64,000 bases of DNA from an uncultured Gemmatimonadaceae bacterium (GTDB taxonomy: Bacteria > Gemmatimonadota > Gemmatimonadetes > Gemmatimonadales > Gemmatimonadaceae): the NCBI GenBank assembly GCA_963790305.1, contig CAWBOC010000013.1, positions 160,001 through 224,000 of the forward strand, read 5' to 3'. The notes below the pieces were generated by a model that was not told where the DNA came from, made no database searches, and saw only the letters and a list, made by a program, of their open reading frames with translations. A program made the position numbers and the translations under genes. Numbering within the stretch: the first letter of the stretch is position 1; every line of letters starts with the position of its first letter. This document shows positions 1 through 10,084 of the stretch, in pieces.

Positions 1-19
1 ATGTCATGGAGCGAACGCA

Positions 20-318
20 GTGATGAATCGCCCGTCGTCCTCGCTCTCCCGTTCTGCGCGCCATCGCCCGGGCTTTCACGCGCTCGTTCTCGCGATTGGC
101 TTCCTCGTCGGGGGGTTGATCACCCATATCAGCCGGCGGTTCCTGCCCCCGGGTGCGGTCAAGGAATTCCTGACCACGGGGCTTAGCGGCTCGGTTGGGC
201 CAGTGTCGATCGACCTGATCATGATTAAGTTCTCTCTAGGACCCGTGGCCGTCGACATTCGCTGTTGAGCCTGCTCGGCGTGCTCATCGCCTATCTCATC
301 GCTCGATCGCTGTTCTAG
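20..318 (+). CDS. DUF4321-like small membrane protein (one frameshift near 260)
   Basis: ORF 20..268 continues in another frame as LLSLLGVLIAYLIARSLF to TAG at 316-318. It is hydrophobic and lies directly upstream of tatA. Confidence 0.6.
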
Positions 319-326
319 GAGGTACC

Positions 327-581
327 ATGCCCTTCGGCAATTTCAGCTTCTGGGAGATCATCCTCCTGATGGTGGCGGTGCTCCTGCTGTTCGGCGCGAA
401 GCGGCTTCCCGAAATCGGCGCCTCGATGGGCAAGGGCATCCGGGAGTTCAAGAAGTCGCTCACCGATGTCAATCGGTCGCTCACGGAGCCCGAAGCGCGC
501 GACGCCCTGCCGCCGGCTCGCTCGGAGAGTGAAGTGCGGAAGGACGAGGAGCGGCGCCCGGAGCCGAAGAGACTGATCTAG
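327..581 (+). CDS. tatA: Twin-arginine translocase TatA/TatE subunit
   Basis: N-terminal TM followed by LLFGAKRLPEIGASMGKGIREFKK. GGAGG RBS at 318-322. Confidence 0.95.
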   Translation: MPFGNFSFWEIILLMVAVLLLFGAKRLPEIGASMGKGIREFKKSLTDVNRSLTEPEARDALPPARSESEVRKDEERRPEPKRLI

Positions 582-722
582 GGGTCAGGGGTCAGGAGTC
601 AGGGGTCAGGGAAGGAAAGGCGCGTCGCCGCTGTCGCGGCAGACGCGCTCATCCGATGAGCAAACGGCCGCGCAGCGCGCGGCCGTTTGCTTTTCCTTCC
701 CTGACCCCTGACTCCTGACCCC
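581..722. repeat. Intergenic inverted repeat built from 7-bp tandem units (CAGGGGT/CAGGAGT)
   Basis: GGGGTCAGGAGTCAGGGGTCAGGGAAGGAAA (588-618) is the reverse complement of TTTCCTTCCCTGACCCCTGACTCCTGACCCC (692-722). Confidence 0.9.
659..696. terminator. Probable intrinsic terminator between convergent tatA and PPIase
   Basis: 15-bp perfect stem AGCAAACGGCCGCGC / GCGCGGCCGTTTGCT with a 3-nt loop, followed by a T-rich tract. Confidence 0.75.
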
Positions 723-725
723 TAA

Positions 726-2562
726 CTAGCTAGCTCTCTCCCGAGTCAGCGCCTGCACCTCACTCCGCCGATCGTCGACATCCGCCTCCTTTCGAAGCGC
801 TGTCACGAAGTCCTGAATCCGCTGGCGGCGGAGACGCAGCAGCAGCTGCTGGCGCTGCTGGTCCTTCTGGGCCTCCCATACGGCGCGGTCAGCGGTCGTG
901 CGCGCATCCACGCGAGTGATGAATACCCCGTCCTCCGTCTTCACAGGCCCGCTCGTCGCTCCGACGGGCAATCCGAACGCGGCACCCACTGCCTCATTGA
1001 GACGGCCGATTCCGGGCACGAGACTGACGCGGGTGAACATCCCGGTCCGCTCGACTGTCGCCCCGTTTTCCTGCGCGGCTTGCTCCAGGGATCTGCCGGC
1101 CACCACCGCATTGGTGATGCGCCGAGCGCGCGGCTCGAGGTAGTCGACCTTCTTCCGATTGACCAGGACACGGCGGATCTCCTCGCGTACATTGTCGAGC
1201 CCGACCTCGCCGCCCTCCTGGAGTGAGTCGATGCGCGCCAGATAGAAGGCCTCGGGTGCGTCCACGACGTCGCTGATGTCGCCCACACGCGATCCTCGAA
1301 ATGCCCAGGCCCCGAGGTCCTGGACGTACTGGCCGTTCCAGGTCAGCGGGTCGCCCTCGACCGCTACGGCGCGCGCGATCGGCAGATTGAATCGCCGAGC
1401 CGCGCTGTCGAGCCGGGTGGGGTCATCAGCCGCGGCGGCGACGTCCGCAACAGAGTCGGCGAGCGTCGTTATGCGCTGTGCGCTGGAATCGCTCTGCGTG
1501 ATCGGCAGCAGAATGTGGCGCACCTTGATCGAGTCGCCCTTCTTCTCGTCGACCTTGATCAGATGATACCCGAATTGCGAGAGCGCGGGTGGTGAGATCT
1601 CACCGGGCCGCAACGCGAAGGCGACGCGCTCGAACTCGGGCACGAACGCGCCGCGCACAACGGTGCCAAGGAGTCCACCTTGCGCGGCGGACACGCTGTC
1701 CGAGGATTCGCGACGCGCCACGGTATCGAACGGGACGCCACCCAGGATCTCCTCGCGGAGCGCGATCGCGCGCTGCCGCGTGGCGGCGCTGTCCGCTGCC
1801 GTGATGGGGCGGGGAAGCGCGATGAGCGACAACACGGCTCGTCCCTGACGCTTGGCAAAGTCGTCACGGTGCTCGTCGAAGTATCGCCGAATCTCATCGT
1901 CGGTGACCCGCACTGCGCTGTCAGGGACTGCCGCGGGACGGAGCGCGACGTATGACACGCGCGCGGAATCGCGCTCATCCTGCCAGATGCGCCACAGCCG
2001 GGCGTCGGTGAGGTAGACTCCGGCAGCGATCTGCTCGAAGAGCTTTTGCCGCGGAATCTCGGTGCGGTAGTACTGCTCGAGGAACTGCGTCAGCCCCTGC
2101 TGCCGCGCCATTCGGGCTCTGAAGAAGGCGCTGATACTTCTCGGGATCGAATCGCCCCTCGGTTTGAAGATCCGGGTTCTGCGCCAGATCGGGGTGCGGC
2201 ATGGCCATCGCGGCGTACTGGATCTCGCGGTCCGTCACGGTGATTCCCCGGCGTTCGTACTCGCGCGCGAGAAGGATCGAGTCGACGATTTGCTGGAAGG
2301 CTATCTCCTCGATCCGCCGCGCGTCATCCTGCGTCAGCGAGCCCGCGCCCCGGCGCTGCTGCTCCTGGGCCGAGAGCGCGCGCACCTGTGTATCCCAGCG
2401 ATCGTAGGTGATGTCGATGCCGTTGACGCTGCCGACCGACGTGCCTCGCGTGATGCCGCGGCTGGTGAGCCCGGATGTTTCGGCGAACAGAAAGACACCG
2501 ACGAACGAAATGAAGATGATCCAGAAGACGATCTTCGCGGATCCGCGGAACGCTTGCAGCAC
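726..2562 (-). CDS. SurA/PpiD-family peptidyl-prolyl isomerase (frameshift near 2110)
   Basis: The N-terminal TM and SurA_N-like part are in ORF 1975..2625 (GTG at 2562). Rotamase motifs GGLLG..RGAFVPEFE and SQFGYHLIKV are in ORF 726..2111. Confidence 0.85.
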
Positions 2563-2652
2563 GGAAGGGACAGGCTGTGGGTGGGTGGATGTCGCAACCA
2601 GAAAATCTATCCGGCCGCGCTTCATAAAATCAAGCCACGATATGACTTCCGA

Positions 2653-2682
2653 TTGACTTCAATCGTCAGGAGGGTATATCTT
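2653..2682 (+). promoter_or_regulatory. Possible sigma70 promoter for the TPR-aroQ-acc-ftsK run
   Basis: TTGACT-N18-TATCTT in the divergent intergenic region. Confidence 0.4.
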
Positions 2683-2731
2683 GCCGCGTCTCGCCGCCCC
2701 GGGCCTGGGGCAGTTCCTCTGAGGGCATTGC

Positions 2732-4648
2732 ATGGCCGCCAACACCGCCCTGATCGAAGACCTTCTTCGACAATACGCTGAAAACCCGCGCCGTGTCTTT
2801 GCCCGACTTGCGAACGAGCTTCGAAAGTCTGGTGACTACGACCGGGCGATCGAGATCTGCCGCGGGCAAATCCCGCAGCAACCTGGCTACATCAGCGGCC
2901 ACATCGTGCTCGGGCAGTCCCTGTACGACTGCGGTCGGCTCGAGGAGGCCCGCCAGACGTTCGAGACCGCACTCAACCTCGATCCAGAGAACCTGATCGC
3001 GCTGCGTCACCTGGGCGACATCGCCCGCCAGCATGGCGCGAACGATGTCGCTCGCGGATGGTACCGCCGGCTGCTCGAGGTTGATCCGCAGAACGACGAA
3101 GTCGTCGCGCAACTGGAGGCGATGGGCGGCCCCGGCGGCGGCACTCCGGCCGTGGGTCAGCCGGTTGTCGCCGAGGAGTTCTCGCCGACGCTCGATATCG
3201 AAGGGTTGAACGTTCCGGCAGTAGAAGCGGCGCCCTCGCCAGAGGCAGGCGCGCCAGTCGGGCCGGAAATCGAGATCGATGAATACCGGCTCGACACCGC
3301 GGGAAAATCGAGCGACGCCGTGGCCGAGCACGAGCCTCTCGAGATCGAGACTGCCGCCGACTTCGAGCCAGCGCGTGGGGCGGAGAAGGCGTTCCCCGAT
3401 CTCGAGCAGAGCCTCGAGGTGAGTGGGATCGGCCCCAGCGACCCGTCGCCCAAGGCTGCCGACGCCGAGGCGATGTTTGGCGACGCGGTCATCGATGAAA
3501 GTCCGGAGAGCGGTGGCGAGCCAAGGGACGCCGTCGACGCGTACTACCCGATGCTGGACGTGCAGTCGACCGGACCGTCTCCGGCCGCGTTCGTCACCGA
3601 GACGATGGCGGAGCTGTATCTCCAGCAAGGGTACGTGCAGGAGGCGCTCGACATTTATCGCCAGCTCGCGGCTCAGAACCCGGCCGACGACACCCTCCGG
3701 GAGCGCGTTAGGCAGCTCGAGCAGGGATCGCGGTCGAGCATCGGCATCGCCGCGATCTCGGACGAAGTGGTGGAGGCCGCGCACAAGCGCGCAACGACCA
3801 GACCGAAAAAGACCATTCGCAGCTTCTTCGCGAAGCTCGCGATGCGACGCGTCGTCGAGCGCGAGGAAGCCGCCGCGGCACCCGACGAGACGACTGGCTT
3901 CGATGATCAGGAGCCGGATGAGCCGAGCGGCGGGCGCCGCCGCAACGAGCCACCGGCCGCTCCGCCCGCCCCGGTGGAGAGGCGGCGTGCCGCGCCAGAG
4001 CTGGAAGAGCCGGCGTGGCTCAGATCCGATCCGGAGCCGGAGTCACCGCCGCAGGGGTCCGGTGAGCCGGGCGGACCATTCGCGCTCCTCGACGAGACCG
4101 AGTGGAGCTCCGCCGTGGCGCCCACTCGTGCCAACGAGCCGACGAACCGTGCTCCCCCATCGCACGAAGACGTACCATGGCTGGCCGGGTACGAGCCTGA
4201 CACGAAACAGCCGCCGCGAGCGGGCGAGGGGTCGCAAGGGCACACCGGTGAGATGATCGCGATTCCACCCTCGGAGCTCTTTCCGACACGGAGCATTCCG
4301 ACCGAGGATGAGAACGCGGCCGCGACGCTGGCGAGCGTGTTCGAGCCGGAATTCGCTGCTCGCCTCACTCCCGTGCGGCCGATGCCGAGCCAGCAGCCGC
4401 CCGAGCAGCGCTCGCGCACGCCCGCCGAAGGCATGCGTCCCAGCGGAGCGACTCGTCAGGCGGAGGAGGAGCTCTCGCTCGACCAGGTGTTCGGGCGAAC
4501 GCCGTCGTCCGGCACACCGCAGGCACGCTCCGGCTTCACCTTCGACCAATTCTTCGACGAGCAAAAGGACGCGAATCGCGAAGGCCCACAGGACGCTTCG
4601 AGCGAGATCGAGCTGTTCAACACGTGGCTCGACCAGCTCAAGAAGTAG
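2732..4648 (+). CDS. Tetratricopeptide-repeat protein with long acidic/Pro-rich linkers
   Basis: N-terminal TPRs (FARLANELRKSGDYDRAIEIC; ALNLDPENLIALRHLGDI) and an internal TETMAELYLQQG TPR. Confidence 0.8.
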   Translation: MAANTALIEDLLRQYAENPRRVFARLANELRKSGDYDRAIEICRGQIPQQPGYISGHIVLGQSLYDCGRLEEARQTFETALNLDPENLIALRHLGDIARQHGANDVARGWYRRLLEVDPQNDEVVAQLEAMGGPGGGTPAVGQPVVAEEFSPTLDIEGLNVPAVEAAPSPEAGAPVGPEIEIDEYRLDTAGKSSDAVAEHEPLEIETAADFEPARGAEKAFPDLEQSLEVSGIGPSDPSPKAADAEAMFGDAVIDESPESGGEPRDAVDAYYPMLDVQSTGPSPAAFVTETMAELYLQQGYVQEALDIYRQLAAQNPADDTLRERVRQLEQGSRSSIGIAAISDEVVEAAHKRATTRPKKTIRSFFAKLAMRRVVEREEAAAAPDETTGFDDQEPDEPSGGRRRNEPPAAPPAPVERRRAAPELEEPAWLRSDPEPESPPQGSGEPGGPFALLDETEWSSAVAPTRANEPTNRAPPSHEDVPWLAGYEPDTKQPPRAGEGSQGHTGEMIAIPPSELFPTRSIPTEDENAAATLASVFEPEFAARLTPVRPMPSQQPPEQRSRTPAEGMRPSGATRQAEEELSLDQVFGRTPSSGTPQARSGFTFDQFFDEQKDANREGPQDASSEIELFNTWLDQLKK

Positions 4649-5091
4649 TGCGCATCGCCGTATTGAACGGGCCGAGCCTCAATCTGCTCGGCTCGCGCGA
4701 ACCGGAGATCTACGGTCGCGCAACGCTCGGCGACATTGAGAAGCGGCTCCGGGCGGTCGCGGGGGAAATCGGCGCCGAGGTTGAATTCGCCCAGCACAAT
4801 GGTGAAGGCGAGCTCATCGATCGAATCCATGCCATGCGCGGGAAGACCGACGGCGCCCTGATCAATGCTGGCGCGTACACGCACACGAGCCTCGCCATCC
4901 GCGACGCGCTCGCCGCGGTCGATGTGCCCTTCGTCGAGGTGCATCTGACGAACATATTTGCCCGCGAGCCGGAGCGACGGCATTCGATGCTGGCCGCTGG
5001 GGCGACCGCGGTACTCTGCGGGTTCGGGGCACTCGGATACGAGCTGGCACTACGCGGCCTCGTGGCGAAGCTGGCTGCGCAGAGTGCCTGA
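4648..5091 (+). CDS. aroQ: Type II 3-dehydroquinate dehydratase
   Basis: LNGPSLNLLGSREPEIYG, INAGAYTHTS, EVHLTNIFARE. The GTG overlaps the TPR stop. Confidence 0.95.
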   Translation: MRIAVLNGPSLNLLGSREPEIYGRATLGDIEKRLRAVAGEIGAEVEFAQHNGEGELIDRIHAMRGKTDGALINAGAYTHTSLAIRDALAAVDVPFVEVHLTNIFAREPERRHSMLAAGATAVLCGFGALGYELALRGLVAKLAAQSA

Positions 5092-6169
5092 CCGACGACC
5101 CCAGCGCCTCGAGGCGCTCTCGGAGGCAATCCTCGAGGCGCACCTCGATGCGATTCTCCTCACGAGCCTCCCCAACATTCGCTACATCACCGGCTTCTCC
5201 GGCACGAGCGCGCTGGCGCTCGTCACGGGCAGGGACGCGACGCTGATCACCGATTTCCGCTACCAGACGCAGGCGAGCGCGGAAGTCGGCGATCTCGCGC
5301 GTGTCGTGATCGAGCCGCAAAGTCTCTGGGCAGGATTGTGGCGTACGCTGCCGACACGGTCTCCGTCGATCATTGGATTCGAGTCGCATCACCTCGTGCA
5401 TCGTGACTTTCAGCGGCTGCTCGAGCAGGGAGCGCGGTGGCAGTGGCGCCCGACGATCGACGTCGTCGAGACACTGCGAGAGCGGAAGGACGAGGGTGAG
5501 CTCGCTCTGATCTCGCGCGCGGCCAACATCGCCGACGCCGCGCTCGAGCGTGCGATTGCCGAGATTCGCGCGGGGATGTCGGAGCTGGAGATCGCCGGCC
5601 TGCTGGAGCGCGCGCTTCGCGATGGGGGCAGCGAAGGCTTTCCGTTTCCAACGATCGTTGCATCGGGGGAGCGCTCCGCGCTTCCGCACGCGCGGTCGTC
5701 GGAGCGGGCAGTGAGGGATGGCGATTTTCTCCTGATCGACTTCGGTGCGGTGGTCGGCGGCTATTGCGCCGATGTCACGCGCACGTTCGTCGTCGGCTCG
5801 GCGAGCGACGAGCAGCGGGAGATTCATTCGATCGTTCGCGAGGCGAACGAGCGCGCGTCGCGAGCCATCCACGCGGGTATGCGGGGGCGAGATGCCGACG
5901 CGGTCGCTCGGGGCTACATTGAAGACCGCGGTTTCGGCAATGCATTCGGCCACAGCCTCGGCCATGGGATCGGCATCGAGGTGCACGAAGCGCCGCGGCT
6001 GGCGAGGACTGCCGAGGCGTCGCTTCCGGATCACGCCGTCGTCACCATCGAGCCAGGTATTTATCGGCCGGGGTGGGGCGGGGTGCGCATTGAGGATGAC
6101 GTCTTTCTCGAAGACGGGGGCGCCCGAGTGCTCACCGCGTTTTCGCATGACCTGATCGAGATCGGCTGA
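5084..6169 (+). CDS. Xaa-Pro peptidase, M24 family
   Basis: DFGA..GYCADVTRT, GHSLGHGIGIEVHEAP, TIEPGIY, GVRIEDD. Confidence 0.92.
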   Translation: MPDRRPQRLEALSEAILEAHLDAILLTSLPNIRYITGFSGTSALALVTGRDATLITDFRYQTQASAEVGDLARVVIEPQSLWAGLWRTLPTRSPSIIGFESHHLVHRDFQRLLEQGARWQWRPTIDVVETLRERKDEGELALISRAANIADAALERAIAEIRAGMSELEIAGLLERALRDGGSEGFPFPTIVASGERSALPHARSSERAVRDGDFLLIDFGAVVGGYCADVTRTFVVGSASDEQREIHSIVREANERASRAIHAGMRGRDADAVARGYIEDRGFGNAFGHSLGHGIGIEVHEAPRLARTAEASLPDHAVVTIEPGIYRPGWGGVRIEDDVFLEDGGARVLTAFSHDLIEIG

Positions 6170-6199
6170 CGTCGTGCGGACCGACCCTATCTCAGGCCC

Positions 6200-6700
6200 A
6201 TGATCGACCTACGCTACGTGAAGAAGCTCGTCGAGATGCTCGATGAATCGAGCGTCGATTCCATTGAGATCTCGACGGACAAGGGGATGAAGATCCGCAT
6301 CTCGAAGACGCCCCAGCAACGGGGGACGGTGCAGGTTGCGCCGCCCATGCCCATCCCGATGCCGGTGACGCCTCTCGCGCCCAGCCGGGCTACCCCTAGC
6401 GAGTCCCTCCCGGCGGTGGGGGAGGGGGAAGGGCCCAAGGCCGAGCCCAAGTCGAAGATGCTGGAAGTGAAGTCCCCCATGGTCGGCACCTTCTACAAGT
6501 CGCCCGAGCCAGGGGCGCCCGCTTACGTAACGGCGGGGGCGCGCGTCTCTAAAGGACAGATCCTCTGCATCATCGAAGCAATGAAGATCATGAACGAGAT
6601 CGAGTCCGAGTTCTCGGGCGTCGTGCGGGAGGTCCTCGTCGAGGACGCGCACCCGGTCGAGTATGGACAAGTCCTTTTCCGCATCGACCCCAATGGCTGA
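6200..6700 (+). CDS. accB: Acetyl-CoA carboxylase biotin carboxyl carrier protein
   Basis: KSPMVGTFY and the biotinylation motif IIEAMKIMNEI. Confidence 0.96.
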   Translation: MIDLRYVKKLVEMLDESSVDSIEISTDKGMKIRISKTPQQRGTVQVAPPMPIPMPVTPLAPSRATPSESLPAVGEGEGPKAEPKSKMLEVKSPMVGTFYKSPEPGAPAYVTAGARVSKGQILCIIEAMKIMNEIESEFSGVVREVLVEDAHPVEYGQVLFRIDPNG

Positions 6701-7865
6701 GACCGCCGCAACACGCTCTGCCCCAACGCCCGGAGCACACCAGGCGACCGCCGGCTTCAACTTCAAGGCGGTTCTGCAGCGCATGATCCAGCAAAACGCG
6801 TCCGACTTGCACCTCAAGGTCGGCCGCCCGCCGGTGCTTCGCATCAACGGCGAGCTTCAGCAGCTCGATCTTCCGCCCCTGAAGCCGGAAGACCTGAAGC
6901 AGCTGGCCGAGCAGATCATGACGCCGAAGCAGGTGAAGGAATTCACCGAGAACAAGGAAGCCGACTTCGCGATCGGCGTTCCTGGCATTGGCCGCTTCCG
7001 CGTCAACGTATTCCAGCAGCGCGGTACGATCGCCTATGCGCTGCGACTCGTGCCCTACCAGGTGAAGAACTGCACCGAGCTCAACCTGCCGCCCGTCGTC
7101 GAGGAGATCGCGATGAAGCCGCGCGGGCTCGTGCTCGTCACCGGAGTCACGGGCTCGGGCAAGTCGACTGCGTTGGCGGCGATGATTCAGCACATCAACG
7201 AGCGCCGGCACGCGAACGTGATCACGATCGAGGACCCGATCGAGTTCCTGCACCGCGACATCAACTGCAACATCAACCAGCGCGAGGTCGGCACCGACAC
7301 GGGGAATTTCGGCTCGGCGCTGCGCCGCGTGCTGCGTCAGGATCCCGACGTGATCCTGATCGGTGAGATTCGCGACCTCGAGACGCTCGAGGTCGCGCTG
7401 AAGGCGGCCAGCACCGGCCACACGGTGTTCTCGACGCTGCACACGACGGACGCGACGCAAACGATCAATCGCGTCCTGTCGTTCTATGCGCCGCACCAGC
7501 AGAGCGAGGTCCGGTTCTCGCTGTCGAGCGCGTTGCAGGCGGTCATCTCGCTGCGCCTCGTCCCGCGCTCGGACAAGCCGGGTCGTGTGCCCGCGTGCGA
7601 GATCCTCATCAACACCGCGGCCGTGCGCGACCAGATTCGCGACATGTCGAAGTCACTCAACATCCCGGACCTCATCAAGGAAGGAACGGTGCAGTACGGG
7701 ATGCAGAGCTTCGACCAGTCGCTGATGCACTGGTATACGCAGGGCGTCATCTCGTACGAGAGCGCGATGTTCTACGCGACCAACCCGAGCGAGTTCGCGC
7801 TCCGCATCCAGGGCGTCGAAGGCTCGAGCGACAAGAGCTGGGACAAGTTCCGGGAAAAGCAATAG
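6693..7865 (+). CDS. PilT/PilU-family type IV pilus retraction ATPase
   Basis: ASDLHL, Walker A GVTGSGKST, TIEDPIEF, LRQDPDVILIGEIRD, GHTVFSTLHT, GMQSFDQ. Confidence 0.92.
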   Translation: MAETAATRSAPTPGAHQATAGFNFKAVLQRMIQQNASDLHLKVGRPPVLRINGELQQLDLPPLKPEDLKQLAEQIMTPKQVKEFTENKEADFAIGVPGIGRFRVNVFQQRGTIAYALRLVPYQVKNCTELNLPPVVEEIAMKPRGLVLVTGVTGSGKSTALAAMIQHINERRHANVITIEDPIEFLHRDINCNINQREVGTDTGNFGSALRRVLRQDPDVILIGEIRDLETLEVALKAASTGHTVFSTLHTTDATQTINRVLSFYAPHQQSEVRFSLSSALQAVISLRLVPRSDKPGRVPACEILINTAAVRDQIRDMSKSLNIPDLIKEGTVQYGMQSFDQSLMHWYTQGVISYESAMFYATNPSEFALRIQGVEGSSDKSWDKFREKQ

Positions 7866-7871
7866 TGCGAA

Positions 7872-7968
7872 GTCGAAGGTTGGCGAGGTGGTCGAGGTCG
7901 TCGAGGTGATCCAGGAGGCTGCGGTTCGCACCTTGAGTCCCTCGGCCACCTTGACCACCTTGACTCCC
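7872..7968. repeat. Intergenic imperfect inverted repeat of 9-bp units (GAGGTSGTC-like)
   Basis: GAGGTGGTC-GAGGTCGTC-GAGGTGATC on the left and CACCTTGAC-CACCTTGAC on the right. Confidence 0.7.
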
Positions 7969-7970
7969 TC

Positions 7971-9329
7971 ATGTTCAAGAAAGTCCTGATCGCCAACCGC
8001 GGCGAGATCGCGCTGCGCGTCATTCGCGCGTGCCGCGAGCTCGGGATTCAGACGGTCGCCGTCTACTCCGAAGCGGACCGCGAATCGCTGCACGTCCGAT
8101 TCGCCGACGACGACGTCTGCATCGGTCCGCCGCCGGCCCGCGAGTCGTATCTGCGGATCCCGCGGCATCATCGCCGCCGCCGAGATCACCGGCGCGGACG
8201 CGATTCATCCCGGATACGGATTCCTCGCCGAGAACGCCGAGTTCGCCGAGACCTGCGCCGCGTCGAACATCACCTTCATCGGTCCCACGCCCGAGCAGAT
8301 CCGCGTGATGGGCGACAAGGCCGCGGCTCGTAAGGCGATGGCCGACGTCGGAGTGCCGATCATTCCGGGGACGCCTGGCCCGGTCGAAGACGCCGAAGAA
8401 GCGCTCACGTTCGCGCGCGAGATCGGGTTCCCGGTGATCATCAAGGCCGCGGCGGGCGGTGGCGGGAAGGGAATGCGCGTCGCGAAGGACGCGGACGACT
8501 TCGCCCGCTCATTTCAGCTCGCGCGATCGGAGGCGCTGTCGGCGTTCGGCAATGGCGACGTCTACGTCGAGAAGTACCTCGCCCGCCCGCGCCACATCGA
8601 GTTCCAGATCATGGGCGACAAGCACGGCAACATGATTCACCTCGGCGAGCGCGACTGCTCGGTGCAGCGGCGGCATCAGAAGCTGATCGAGGAGGCGCCG
8701 AGTCCGATCATGACGCCCGAGCTTCGCGAGCGAATGGGGGAAGCCGCCGTGCGAGGCGCAAAGGCGATCGACTACGTGGGCGCCGGCACGATCGAGATGC
8801 TGCTACAACGAGGACGGGTCGTTCTACTTCATGGAGATGAACACCCGCATTCAGGTCGAGCATCCGGTGACGGAAATGCTTACCGGCATCGATCTGGTGA
8901 AGGAGCAGATCCGTGTCGCGGCGGGGGAGAAGCTGTCCGTCAAGGAGCTGCCGCCGTTGCGCGGGCACGTGATCGAGTGCCGCGTCAATGCGGAGGATCC
9001 GGCGCGAAATTTTCAGCCGTCGCCCGGGAAGATCGAAGTGTTCCATCCGCCGGGCGGTCCAGGCGTGCGCCTGGACACGCACGTCTACGCCGGCTATACG
9101 GTCCCACCGTTCTACGATTCGTTGATCGCCAAGCTGATCGTGCAGGGCAGAGACCGGCAGGAGGCGATCCGCGCGCATGCACATGGCGCTCGAGAGCTTC
9201 ATCATCGAAGGCGTGACGACCACCATTCCCTTTCTGGGACGCGTGATGATGCACAAGAAATTTCAGGCGGGCGACGTCGACACGAAGTTCCTCGAGCGCG
9301 AGGGCGAGCTCATGCGGGAGCCCGTCTAG
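7971..9329 (+). CDS. accC: Biotin carboxylase (several frameshifts)
   Basis: [72 protein letters not shown], spread over three frames. Confidence 0.93.
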
Positions 9330-10075
9330 TGCGCGTCGACGTGTACTTCGGGGTGCAGGGGCTGCAGCCGGCGAGCGTGCAGGGCCGGCTGGTCGCCGTG
9401 ATCGACGTGCTGCGCGCGTCGACGGTCGGCGCCATCGCGCTCGCCAACGGCGCCCGCGCGGTCGTCCCGCTCGAGAGCTCCGACGAAGTGATCACCCGCT
9501 CGAAGAGCTTCGACCGAACGGAGGTCCGGCTCGCGGGGGAGCGAAAGATGAATCCGATTCCGGGATTCGACTTCGGCAATTCGCCTCGGGAGTTCACCCG
9601 CGAGGCGGTGGAGGGGAAGACGGTGCTGTTCACGACCACCAACGGCACCGGCGCATTCCTCGCCGTTCAGGGCGCGCGTGATGTGGTCGTCGCCTCGTAC
9701 GTCAACTTCACCGCCGTGCTCGCCATGATGCGCGCGGCAGTGCGCGCGGGAACGGACGTCAGCATCATTTGCGCGGGGCGCGAGAAGGAATTCGCCCTCG
9801 AGGATGCCGCGTGCGCCGGGCGCTACGTGCGCCAGCTCACGACGCGGACACCGGACATGGAGATGAACGATGCCGCGCGCGCGAGCGAGCTGATCGCGAA
9901 GCGCTATGGCGACCGCATCGACCAGCTCTTCGCCGAATCCGCGCACGGCCGCGCGTTGTCGGAGGCGGGCTTCGCCGAGGATCTCGTGACCTGCGCGCAG
10001 ATCGACTCGCATCCGATCATCCCCATCTATCAGGACCGGCAGATCACCAAGCTCGGTCCAGAACGCGAGCGGTAG
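9329..10075 (+). CDS. comB: 2-phosphosulfolactate phosphatase family protein
   Basis: [36 protein letters not shown]. Confidence 0.88.
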   Translation: MRVDVYFGVQGLQPASVQGRLVAVIDVLRASTVGAIALANGARAVVPLESSDEVITRSKSFDRTEVRLAGERKMNPIPGFDFGNSPREFTREAVEGKTVLFTTTNGTGAFLAVQGARDVVVASYVNFTAVLAMMRAAVRAGTDVSIICAGREKEFALEDAACAGRYVRQLTTRTPDMEMNDAARASELIAKRYGDRIDQLFAESAHGRALSEAGFAEDLVTCAQIDSHPIIPIYQDRQITKLGPERER

Positions 10076-10084
10076 GGTAGGCCG

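Noticed and set aside
8831..10075. Apparent AccC-ComB fusion ORF
   Set aside because: It is produced by a frameshift near 9175. accC has its own TAG at 9327-9329 overlapping the comB GTG.
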